From: Balanoglossus misakiensis
Taxonomy: Eukaryota > Animalia > Hemichordata
Direction: 5' to 3'
Assembly: GCA_040954595.2 (NCBI GenBank)
Contig: CM082589.2
Span: 9,498,894-9,562,893 of the forward strand
DNA: 64,000 nucleotides
Part shown: positions 1 through 10,114 of the stretch, one piece after another
How the letters are laid out: the number at the start of each line of letters is the position of its first letter
Numbering within the stretch: position 1 is the stretch's first letter
The notes under the pieces: model-generated
What the model was told of the DNA's origin: nothing
Database searches by the model: none
Seen by the model: only the letters and a program-made list of their open reading frames with translations
Position numbers and translations under genes: made by a program

Positions 1-606
1 ATATAAACATTGGGAACAAAAGGATTAAGGGAGGTGTGACTGGTCCAACCTGTTCAGTTTTAGTGTGGGGGAAAAGCTGGAATGAAAGCAGACCTAAATT
101 ACAGACAAAGAAATACAACAAATCTTGTCTCATTCTTATTTTCAATTCCTCTAGTTTTTCCATGGTACCAGTGTGGAAGCACTGATGATAAACTGTGGCA
201 GACAGTTTTAAATGACGACAATCATCTTACTCTTATGCACATATGCGTTAATTTTGTGTGTACAAAATAACTTCCAATCCAAATATTCTGCACAATTTTA
301 TGTGCGTGCATTCATAAAGTGGACTGCCTTCGCTTCCTTCTATATTTCTTGCACGCCATATAAGAAGAATTTAGTTTTGTCTCTTCTTTTCACTGAATTT
401 GCTGTCTTTTCCTAATATATGACACAGACTATGGTTGTCGCCACCTTGTCTGTTGTTAAGACAGCACTTGTGGCATAGATAACAATTTTGTAACTAGAGT
501 CTCTGCTTTGGCAAATGTGCGTTAGACGATCAATACCCTTTAACAAAACTCTGCTTAGAATTTAAATCATAATCTTTTCAAAATGTCTGCATCTGATTAC
601 ATGGTG

Positions 607-900
607 AATTAAAGCTGCAAGCAGTGTTCACCTGGCCCATTCGATTCCCAGGATTCCTACTAAATGCCAAGGATGATCTGCTGTGGATACCCAAAATTTT
701 GTCAAAAAGTTTTGATCCTAAACTGATCTATGTCCTACAAAATCTTAACTTCTAGATCTATTGGTTAGCCTAGAATTAGGAGTGTACATAATTAATTAGG
801 TCAACAGGGGTCTTGAAACTAACCAGCAAATTTTAGACACAGCCTGAATCAATGTCCCATTGTACAGTTACTATATGCTGCCCTAAATTTCAGTCTGATT
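607..900 (-). mobile_element. Decayed Helentron-like non-autonomous repeat fragment (right boundary approximate)
   Basis: AATTAAAGCTGCAAGCAGTG...GGCCCA at ~607 resembles the terminus AATTAAAGATGCAAGCAGCATTGTCGGGCCCA of the repeats at ~21,900 and ~22,220. Confidence 0.35.
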
Positions 901-993
901 GACAAATGTGAACAATGTTAAAGAGAGCTGTCTCATGATACATTGCCACCTTCTGTGAAGTGACTTTTAAAGAAAACCGTTTTGTTTGCATTC

Positions 994-1213
994 AACAGCA
1001 ACAGCAACAACAACAAGCCAGCAGAACACGTCCAAGCAACCATTCCACCACCAAAACAACAACCAGCAGAACACACCAAACATTGCAACAACAACAACAA
1101 CCACAGCAGTTATCACAACAACAACAGCTGTAACTAGGACAACAGCCAAGGCCGCGACCAAAGGTACCTCAGATGGACTTGGCACCCAGCTTGCAACAAA
1201 CACAGCAACAATC
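994..1213 (+). repeat. (ACA/GCA)n-rich low-complexity tract
   Basis: Degenerate CAA/ACA triplet runs give the Thr/Gln/Asn-rich ORF 986-1219 and the Val-rich antisense ORF. Confidence 0.7.
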
Positions 1214-1389
1214 ATGTAGTAATCTGTTGGCTGATGACCTGAGTCTTTTTGATATATCTGAATCAATAAACTCATACAGGAAACTGACTATAATGAACAG
1301 GAGACTGTTCATGCCTTCATTACCATTGTAACTTCTATATACTAAATGAAACCCAGATGCCCAAAGAAATGTCAGAAATTTCTCAAGGT

Positions 1390-1817
1390 ATGCGGGAATG
1401 TTCAAATATTCCAGACAGTATATGGCCATTTCTTTCTGCTTCCAAAACGAGCATCTAGAGTCATGCATGCCACTGGCCCAATAAAGCCTGATAGCCCTTG
1501 CTGAGAATTGTAATGTTACTAGCATCTCCCTTTAAGTCACTCACATAAACTAATCAGTGGTGATTGCTTGTAAGGTTATAGTGAAGGCAAGGCTAATTTA
1601 AATTCAAAATGGTAACCATCCTTAATCACACATGTGTATCCTTTGACCAATCATTGGAAAAACAAAGTGTGTGATTGACTTCAAAGGGACACTAGTTACA
1701 TCACAATTCTCAGCAAGGGGTATCAGGCCCTATTGGGCCAGTGACATGCATAGTTTCTGGAAGCAAATCAGACAAAATACAGCTATATACTAGACTAATA
1801 TTTCATTAATGCCTGAT
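1390..1817. mobile_element. Old palindromic MITE-like element (long imperfect inverted repeat; ends approximate)
   Basis: CATGCATGCCACTGGCCCAATAAAGCCTGATAGCCCTTGCTGAGAATTGTAATGTTACTAG (~1,462-1,522) is the approximate reverse complement of CTAGTTACATCACAATTCTCAGCAAGGGGTATCAGGCCCTATTGGGCCAGTGACATGCAT (~1,692-1,751); similarity continues on both sides. Confidence 0.65.
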
Positions 1818-2882
1818 CATTAAATTGGAGAACGTATCTCTAAAGTTGTTCTCTATCGCTCCCCCTGGGAGGAGAGCAATAGACAGAACTATGAGTGACA
1901 GAACTTCCAGTTGTGTACTTATCATTTGTATTACCCAATCACAGACTTTGTGTTATTGGTCATTTATCTGTCCAATTTTGATACTCTTGTGTTCATTGGA
2001 GCGTTATACCAAAGAAGTTTCGCTTTAACAGTGACAATACAACACTTGCAAAAACATGGATTGCTCAGGTCAGCCTATCTGGTTACAGATTACCTGTGAA
2101 CCAACTAATGCAGCTATAATGAATGTGTTTGGTTATATACAGAGATTTGTAGATTGTATGAGACGTGTTAATATTACACTCTAGCATGGGGCAATGTATA
2201 TTTATCTTGTGAAAGCCACAAAGTCACTAGCTCTTGATGTTCATTTTCTATTTTTGTTGTTGAATAATTTGTTATGAAATTAGATTGAAGCTGAACTCAC
2301 CGCATATGTGTGGACATAACACGTTTATACGTCCCTGTCATAATTTTTGTTAAAGCCAAACAATTAAATAACACCATAATGTCAAAAATAGCAACTTTGT
2401 CATTACTTTGAAGGGATACAGATCCAGGGTTAATGTTTCATTGGGAAGTCTAACAGTGTTTTGAAATGTCACATTGTAATTTGAAAGTTTGGGCTTGGGC
2501 AGTGACAATGACATTGTTTGTGTACACAATTTGAAATGGAGCTCTATGAAAAGAGAAAAGTGGTGTGTGGAAAAGAATGAAGTCTTTGGGCTAATATCAG
2601 GTGCCTTCATTTGACTCTCAAGGAGAGTTTTGTAAAACAATTAACTTGTTGTGTGTCAGCATTATTGGGAAAGATTAAGCACACACATGTATACAGGTTA
2701 GATAAAAATGGAAAATCACCATCAGCCTTTTTTCTTAGCACTCTCACCTTTCACCCCCAGTTCCCTGTGTAGACATCCAACTTTTCCAACAGAAAGAATG
2801 GATTTCGACCGAACCATTAGTTCATTTGAATACCGGTATGTATGTAATATCTGTATTTATAACATACATCATGCTAACACTG

Positions 2883-3243
2883 TGTCATGATTCGCCAGAA
2901 TCCGTCACGTGATAAGAAAATAGAATCGACTATGAATCCCTTGGGGAAATAGCAGAAAATATATAAACTGGTCACGTGACCAACAGGATATAAAAGAATC
3001 CCATGCATATACTTAGTCAGTTCACCTCTGTAGCCAGACTGGCCATACGTATGAACTGATGATGTCCCTGTTATAGGCATATGTCTTGTGAAACATATAA
3101 ACCACTTTGGTGTACTTAGTCAGTTCACCTCTGTAGCCAGACTGGCCATACGTATGAACTGATGATGTCCATGTTATAGACATATGTCTTGTGAAACATA
3201 TAAACCACTTTGGTGTGTTTTGTGTTTGGTGAACGGCGTGACA
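2883..3243 (+). mobile_element. Putative solo LTR
   Basis: TGTCATG...CGTGACA inverted ends, TATA-like GGATATAAAAG near 2,986, and an ATATAAA signal followed by a GT-rich tract. No TSD found. Confidence 0.45.
3010..3215 (+). repeat. 103-bp tandem duplication (2 copies)
   Basis: 3,010-3,112 and 3,113-3,215 match with 2 substitutions seen. Confidence 0.95.
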
Positions 3244-3911
3244 AGCATGTTAGAATCAAACTATTAGATGCATGTTAAGAAATATAGTCTGTTATATGGA
3301 AGTGACCATAGTTGCCATACTATTAAAATCACATTTTTAATATCAATATTCACATGTCATTGCTTTCTACGTTTCTTGAATTTCCTATCATTTTTATGTT
3401 AACAAAAACAAGAGCCTTCTGTGACAACTTTCGAAAATATTTCATGTAATCAGCCATTCATTTTATGTGTGTGTGAATAATGACCCCATGAGGCTGTAGA
3501 ATCATGTATAGTGCTGAAGGGGAAGCCATTCCTCCATATCCTTCATATTGCATAAGATGCTAAGTTGGTATTTTCCACATATTGCTTTTTTGTACTGAGA
3601 GTTCTGTATGTTATGCAGTCCTTAAGGTGGCATTGCATGAAACCGTCGAGACTTTTTCAGAGGCCTATTTCTCTTCAAAGACAACGTTAAAACCCCCATA
3701 AACCATATATATTCTGGAAGCTGAGTTTTTGAACTTTTGTTTGAGTTGCAAATATTATTGATCCCCGGAAATGGTGGCGATTTTGGGTGAAAAAAAACAT
3801 TTTTTGATATTATGTCATTAAATTTAAATTAGGTAAAAAAGTTGACCATGCATCATGCATCTTAATATGTCATTCGAAACTAGAGTACACGTGTAAAAAA
3901 CGGTAATTTTG

Positions 3912-4218
3912 TTTATATCCCTGCACCAGAATAGACCTGTACTGGTCATTTTGCTCTGTTTGTGGGAGATACAAAAACACGACACAACCAGAATTGGCGA
4001 AAAATGGCCAAGAGATATTGACCCTTTATTGCAAAGTTAACCATGTGTAAAGATGATGAAAAATTCCTCGCCAGTTGCCTGCCTCAATAAAACAGCAAAA
4101 ACCTCAACAAGGTAGGTATAGGTCAAAGGTCAACTGGCGAGGAAAATTAACATAACATTAAACACTGTAAAATAGGTACATAAAGAATCTCCCACAAAGG
4201 TGTGGGCCTAAAAACGCC
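3912..4218 (-). repeat. Split direct repeat B2
   Basis: 307 bp matching 4,609-4,915 (offset 697) with one substitution seen. Confidence 0.95.
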
Positions 4219-4348
4219 TCTAACAACTACAATCCAATGCGACAATGAGATAAGTAAAGATACAAAGTCCATGTAAGCTCTAAAATACATATACCTCCGT
4301 CCCATACGACCTAGGTAGGGGAGGTAGATGGGAAGGCGGTGGGAGTGT

Positions 4349-4609
4349 AAATTCGAGGAGATGAACCAGCTCGTTGTCTTGAGGTCACGGCTGTAAAATG
4401 GAAAAGGCTGTTCCTAGTATTGACTCCCCCCCTATAGGAAACTGCAAATATTGTCAAGGCGGGAAAATGAAGTTGCTCTTCCATGAAGTGTCTCCCCCCG
4501 GAGACTAAAGTGCTGTAAACCTCCCTGTCGGATAATAGAAAACTGTAAAACTTGATCACTAAGAAGCATGTCTATAAATGCGATTATAATAGTGATTATA
4601 ATCGTGCTT
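4349..4609 (-). repeat. Split direct repeat A2
   Basis: Matches 9,595-9,853 with a few substitutions and small indels; abuts B1. Confidence 0.95.
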
Positions 4610-4915
4610 TTATATCCCTGCACCAGAATAGACCTGTACTGGTCATTTTGCTCTGTTTGTGGGAGATACAAAAACACGACACAACCAGAATTGGCGAAAA
4701 ATGGCCAAGAGATATTGACCCTTTATTGCAAAGTTAACCATGTGTAAAGATGATGAAAAATTCCTCGCCAGTTGCCTGCCTCAATAAAACAGCAAAAACC
4801 TCAACAAGGTAGGTATAGGTCAAAGGTCAACTGGCGAGGAAAATTAACATAACATTAAACACTGTAAAATAGGTAAATAAAGAATCTCCCACAAAGGTGT
4901 GGGCCTAAAAACGCC
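4609..4915 (-). repeat. Split direct repeat B1
   Basis: Copy of 3,912-4,218 lying ~110 bp downstream of the YR stop codon. Confidence 0.95.
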
Positions 4916-5025
4916 ATAAGCCACACCCTGGTGTGGCCGCCCCACCCAAAATGACCAGACCACCCCAGGGAAGGACCCTAAAAACACCATCCCCTGCTCT
5001 TGATAGCCATAAGCCTAAAAATTGG

Positions 5026-5949
5026 TTACCAAGATGCTGGTTGCCTAATGTACCCCTTAAAAGCATCTGACCTCCACCTGCCTAAGGCGCGTATCTGTGC
5101 ATCAGACAATCCATCTTTAGCAGCTTGAGAGGCTGCTCCTATCCTAAAGCTATGTACCTTGAACCTGTCTACCTCAAAGCCGCAAAAAGTGAGCGAACGC
5201 CTAAGCTGTGCCGTGAAATCTCCCCGTCCTATGCCTAACGGCCCTGGCATGCAGAAAAGAGGGCCAGGCTCACTCCCCCTCAAACGACTAAATTCCCACA
5301 ATGCCTGAACCGGACACAAGTCAGACCTAAGAACCTTCTGAAATTTGATAACAAACACATCGCCTGGTTTACTGTGCTTAAAATTGAATAAGGACACAGT
5401 TGCTGACTGTGGCAAACCTGCGCTAACCTGAAACTCCAACTGGTGGAAAAGAATGGCTTTTCCAACATCAAACCTATTCCGAACTGTGAATTCCCCAATC
5501 CTGAGGAACCCATAGAAGGCTGATAAGAACATAGCCTTAAAAAGAGAACTCTGATAAACAGATGTGACCACATTTGGAATGGCCTTAATCAGACGAAGTA
5601 GGATATCCCTAGTGATAGGGAGACGATCATCTCGTTGATGCACCAGCTTACGGTATGACTGGACCAATTTGTGAACCAAAAAGGACTTAGTAGGGTCCTG
5701 CAAGCCTGCAAGTTTATGAACGTAGCTAATGGCTGACAAATAGGTAGAAACAGTGGATGGGGCAAGGTGTTGCCTAGAGAGGTGACCAATAAACAATGTG
5801 ACCGAGGATTCTGACAGCGGCAGAGATGGACAATGCACCCCTAACTGGCTACCCATGAACTGTGTAAGAACTCTCCAAGCACGCTGATAGGTTGACCTGG
5901 AAGAACTGTGAAGAGCCTGCTGCAGAAGTCTGCCTACTTCCATGTCCAA
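5026..5949 (-). CDS. Tyrosine recombinase (phage integrase family) of the retrotransposon, 307 aa
   Basis: Catalytic motifs FYGFLRIGE (R), FKHSK, HSFRIGAAS (H-x-x-R) and LGRWRSDAFKGYIR (W...Y); ORF is uninterrupted. Confidence 0.95.
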   Translation of the reverse strand: MDMEVGRLLQQALHSSSRSTYQRAWRVLTQFMGSQLGVHCPSLPLSESSVTLFIGHLSRQHLAPSTVSTYLSAISYVHKLAGLQDPTKSFLVHKLVQSYRKLVHQRDDRLPITRDILLRLIKAIPNVVTSVYQSSLFKAMFLSAFYGFLRIGEFTVRNRFDVGKAILFHQLEFQVSAGLPQSATVSLFNFKHSKPGDVFVIKFQKVLRSDLCPVQALWEFSRLRGSEPGPLFCMPGPLGIGRGDFTAQLRRSLTFCGFEVDRFKVHSFRIGAASQAAKDGLSDAQIRALGRWRSDAFKGYIRQPASW

Positions 5950-7653
5950 TGTATAGGTAGCAAATGAGACGGCACTGGAGTCGGATAGGTATCCATGCCC
6001 CGAGATGCAGACTTGAACTGGCCTACCTGCAAGCGGGAAAGACAGTCTTCCAAAATGTTATGCTTACCAGGAATATGTTTAGCTCGGAAAAGAATGTTGT
6101 ACTGAAGGCTAGTGAGCACAATCAGTCGAACCAAAACCATAAGGTCCCTGTCCTTCGCTGTTTGTTTATTCAAGACTGACACCAAGGCCTCATTATCAGT
6201 GTAGAACATCATACATTTGTTACATAGCTTTTGTCCGCAAACCTCTAACGCCAGCATGATAGGGAATAACTCCAGGACTGCGATATTTAGTGCGTGCCAA
6301 CTAGTAGGCCACTCTCCAAAGAACCAGTGAGAACCAAAAATGCCACCATACCCAAGAGACCCAGCTGCATCTGTGAACAAACGAAGTGATTCGGATGAAT
6401 GCCACCGATCCTCCATAAAAAACGACTTCCCGTTGTAATGGTTTAGGAGGTCTGCTTTAACCTCTCTGGTCAGACGTAAAAAGAAGTGCGACTTCTTGAC
6501 CCCTTTCGTTAAATCGATCAACCTACGTAAACATGCCCGTCCTGGGAGCACCACCAAACAAGCAAAATTTAAGGTCCAAACCAATGACTGAATTTCCTGT
6601 AGCCTAACCTTTCTTCTGGACAAAAAGGAATTGATCAAGTTGCGGCACCGAAACAATTTATCCTCTGGGAGCCTAGATTCTCCTAATACAGTGTCTAATT
6701 CGATACCTGCAAAAACCAAAGTAGTACTGGGCCCCATGGTCTTATCCTGAGCAATAGGAACCCCCAGCTCTGCACAAAAACCTAGGAATGTCTGCAGATC
6801 CGCTGAACACCGTTTTTGTTACTAGCCAGAAAAAGGAAATCGTCTAGAATGTGAATAACAGCCTCCACGCCTGCAACCTGATGAGACATCCACTCTAATG
6901 CAGTACTAAACTGTTCAAAAATGCGACAGGACGACGAACACCCCATAGGCAGACATCTATCAAAGAAGAAACACCCATCCCACTTGAAACCCAACAAGCA
7001 ATGGTCCTGAGGTGCCACTGGTATGATTCTAAATGCTGACTTGATGTCAGTCTTAGCCAAAAAACATCCTGGGCCCAACCTCAAAATGATCCGAACTGCA
7101 TCATCAATGGTGGCATACTGAACAGTTGCCAACTCAGGAGGAATACCGTCATTAACTGATGACCCCGGAGGAAAAGAAAGGTGGTGAATAAACCGAAACT
7201 TACCGGCCTGTTTTTTGGGAACAAGACCCAACGGGGAAATGTGGAAGTTGGGAAAAGCTGGTGAACGAAAGGGCCCTGCGACCTTGCCTGCCTGTGCCTC
7301 AGAAGTAAGCATGGCCCTAGCTGCTTCAGGATTGTCAAGTGCAGACTTCAAATTAGGGGATGACCTATGACCCTATGACCACAGTAATTTATCGAAAAAC
7401 CATGTGAAAAACCTGCCAACAAATACGCCGCCTTGCCCTTGTCGTAGCCGTGTAGAAACTGCCTAAGAACTTGAACCTTTACTGGTGACACTATTATTGG
7501 CAACGGAGGGCTGTTTGGACACCACGGAAGCTCTGGAAGCGTGGTAGGGACCTCCTCCTTTTCCAGAGTGAAAGGGCTGATGGACTCCTTCCCCACTGCT
7601 GAGACTATATGAACTGTTGACACTACACATGGAAATGGGATGGTTTGCCCCAC
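5934..7653 (-). pseudogene. pol: Reverse transcriptase / RNase H (pol), split by two frameshifts (~7,365 and ~6,815)
   Basis: RT motifs SPLGLVPKK, RFIHHLSFP, KTDIKSAFR, LPMGCSSS, HILDDFLF. RNase H motifs LFTDAAGS, IAVLELFP, YTDNEALV, HIPGKHN. The three ORF pieces join by frame shifts (SPNLKSALDN; CSADLQTFLGFCAELGVPIAQDKTMGP). Confidence 0.92.
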
Positions 7654-8638
7654 ACTTAAAGCATTTGTGGTCGAAGCGACATCCAGGGCAGAACTTTCCC
7701 GAGTGAAAACGCCAACAAACCCCTTTCGGAAAGGACGTACTGGAGAAACCCGAAATGGAACTGTTACTGCTAGACATGGGGGCAGCCCGATCAGAAGACA
7801 AATTCTTAACCCTATGTATGGCCTGTAACCACAACTCCCAGTGAATCTGGTCCCAAGGAACAGGAGTAGACTGCTTCATAAAGCGAAACTGCTCATCGTA
7901 AAACTTCCAGCCCGCTTTTTTGGCAGCTAGATACCGCACCACTTCCCCATACTTCAAAAGGCCTGCAATGTCTTCAGGCTTTCTCAATGTGTACACAGCT
8001 ACAAAGATGTTAAAAGCTGAAATCCACTGCTCAATGTAAGTAATTTTCGTAGCACTAGCAACGGGCTCTAAACATAGCTGAGGCCTACCAACACTATCAG
8101 ATAAAGCGACGGTGTATTTACCATCACGCAGGGAGGGATTGATGAGCAAAGACGCGAAATCGATGTAATCACCTGCCCAGATTTTAGCCTTAACCTTATC
8201 CGACACCCTTGTAACCAAGGGCATGGATTGGCTTGCAAACAGTGTGGTAGGTTGACGCTCTGTCTCTGACCCCTGAATAGTAGGTGTTAGATTAACCTGA
8301 CATGCAGGTTCATCCTGGACCTGACCTTGTGGTAACGAATAAACTTGCACCTCTGGACCAGTAATGTCATAGATGACTTGATTGGCGACTGATGAAGATG
8401 CGGTGGCTGTCGCTGTAGGTGGGCTTGCAGCGGGAAAAAGGCCGGCGTCTTTAAGACTCTTGACGACTGCCTGAGATATTGAGGTAGCTAACGCATCTGG
8501 GTCGATGGTTGAACTTGCGGCCGGCTGTTCTCCCTGTTGTGAACCTGCCTGGGTTGGTACCTCAGCACTTGATGACGTGGCCTTGCGCTTAGGCAAAATA
8601 GTCTTGCCCTTCGAAGTAGCTTTCCGCTTCGATGGCAT
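7463..8638 (-). CDS. gag: Gag-like protein with C-terminal Cys/His zinc knuckles
   Basis: First ATG at 8,638 (MPSKRK). Contains KIWAGDYIDFASLL, WKFYDEQFR and CWRFHSGKFCPGCRFDHKCFKCGANHPISMC; overlaps the pol 5' end. Confidence 0.88.
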   Translation of the reverse strand: MPSKRKATSKGKTILPKRKATSSSAEVPTQAGSQQGEQPAASSTIDPDALATSISQAVVKSLKDAGLFPAASPPTATATASSSVANQVIYDITGPEVQVYSLPQGQVQDEPACQVNLTPTIQGSETERQPTTLFASQSMPLVTRVSDKVKAKIWAGDYIDFASLLINPSLRDGKYTVALSDSVGRPQLCLEPVASATKITYIEQWISAFNIFVAVYTLRKPEDIAGLLKYGEVVRYLAAKKAGWKFYDEQFRFMKQSTPVPWDQIHWELWLQAIHRVKNLSSDRAAPMSSSNSSISGFSSTSFPKGVCWRFHSGKFCPGCRFDHKCFKCGANHPISMCSVNSSYSLSSGEGVHQPFHSGKGGGPYHASRASVVSKQPSVANNSVTSKGSSS

Positions 8639-9594
8639 GCTGTTAATGAATTTAAATATTAAGTACAAGTAAAGTGTGCTACAATTTATATGCCCCTATT
8701 GGCTAAAATAATCGCATAACATAGCTATGTAGGAGTGCCAATAAAATCTGTAAAATGTAAAATAAACTATCAGCAATATACTCCTCAGAAAAACAACCCT
8801 TCTAATAAAGGGTATTGTGAGTTAAGTAACGTGAAAAAGGAAAACACCTTATGAATGGCCACCATATGATATTGTTACCGAGAAAATTGATGTATACATA
8901 CTTGTGACATGCATAGCAAAACCACCACTGGGTAACTATACAATTGCCAGAATGTCACGACTCGAGGAAACGTTTTGGCGGGAAAAGTCAAACAAAGTAG
9001 CAAAATAAACCTGCTAAAATTGATCATGTGACCCGTCAGGCGGGAATTGCACCGTGAAAAGATGCAAGCACTGATTTATAAATGATCCTAACAATAAATC
9101 CCGACAAAGACAAATTAAAATAAAAAGTAAACGTCTTTTCTATGAAAAAGACTATCATTTGTATCGCCCGATAATTTCTGGCGAGTAAAGATACCTTCAC
9201 TTGTCTCATGTTGCACTCGTACCATGAAAAGTCTAGATGTAATAACCAAGTCTCAAAATTTGAGAGAAGAAAGTGCGTAATGTAATGTAAAATGAAAATA
9301 AACCACGTAGGTGAAAACCTTGGAAAAAGGTAAAAACGGACGCCGTAATATATCAATGTGGGGCTTGTAAAACTATACAATAAAATGTAATTACAACTCG
9401 GGCTGCAAAACTGTGTGACACGGCGTTAAATGAAAGCTACTATGAAATATTGAATAACATATATACCGACAACTACTTCTTAAAAAAGAGAAAATAGCCT
9501 TAGCATTTACCGCCAATGCTATATGCAATTCTCTACAAAAACCTTATGAATGGTAGGAAATTGGCACTTGCCTGAAAATTCGAAGAAAAAGTGA

Positions 9595-9853
9595 AAATTC
9601 GAGGAGATGAACCAGCTCGTTGTCTTGAAGTAACGGCTGTAAAATGGAAAAGGCTGTTCCTAGTATTGACTCCCCCCTATAGGAAACTGCAAATATTGTC
9701 AAGGCGGGAAAAATGAAGTTGCTCTTCCATGAAGTGTCTCCCCCCGGAGACTAAAGTGCTGTAAACCTCCCTGTCGGATAATAGAAAACTGTAAAACTTG
9801 ATCACTAAGAAGCATGTCTTAATGCGATTATAATAGTGATTATAATCGTGCTT
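9595..9853 (-). repeat. Split direct repeat A1 (element 5' end)
   Basis: Copy of 4,349-4,609. Confidence 0.95.
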
Positions 9854-10084
9854 ATGCCACACTTTTACGGCGTTATGAACTTTGACCCAAATCTTGTCAT
9901 CATTTTCCTTTGTAGTGTAATTCCTGATTTATCGGGGGTTTCCCCAACTTGTTGTCAACATCACCTGACCAGACAGGCGACGACGCCATTATAGAACATT
10001 TACGAAGCTGACTTGTTCAACTCTATAGCGGTGCTACAGATCCAAGTTCCTAAAGTATTCCAACACAATGTCAATGACGTAACC

Positions 10085-10114
10085 ATGGCTTCCGGTGAAG
10101 ATAGGGATCCAGAG
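10085..10114 (+). CDS. Candidate first coding exon (MASGEDRDPE) of the ankyrin-repeat gene
   Basis: Kozak-like AACCATGG, 10 codons, then consensus donor GAG|GTAAGT in phase 0, compatible with the exon at 14,514. Linkage is inferred. Confidence 0.4.

Larger units (their letters stand above)
3912..9853 (-). mobile_element. Full-length tyrosine-recombinase retrotransposon (DIRS order, Ngaro-like) with split direct repeats A1-gag-RT/RH-YR-B1-A2-B2
   Basis: gag, RT/RNase H and YR ORFs in order. A repeats at 9,595-9,853 and 4,349-4,609; B repeats at 4,609-4,915 and 3,912-4,218. No methyltransferase domain and no TSD. Confidence 0.93.

Noticed and set aside
986-1219. Thr-rich mucin-like exon
   Set aside because: Explained by CAA low complexity; splice signals are weak and no partner exons were found.
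3050-3205. Hammerhead ribozyme (CTGATGA...GAAAC) in the 103-bp repeat
   Set aside because: Stem II cannot close directly onto GAAA and no proper stem III/UH follows; at best a degenerate relic. An Infernal search with hammerhead models would settle it.
3622-3911. TTAA-flanked Kolobok/piggyBac-like host element around the Ngaro insertion
   Set aside because: A plausible left end (TTAAGGTGGCATTGCATG) is present but no matching right TIR was found.
5026-5949. Prophage or bacterial integrase (horizontal transfer or contamination)
   Set aside because: The YR lies in a gag-RT-RH-YR unit with split direct repeats, the standard eukaryotic DIRS-order layout.
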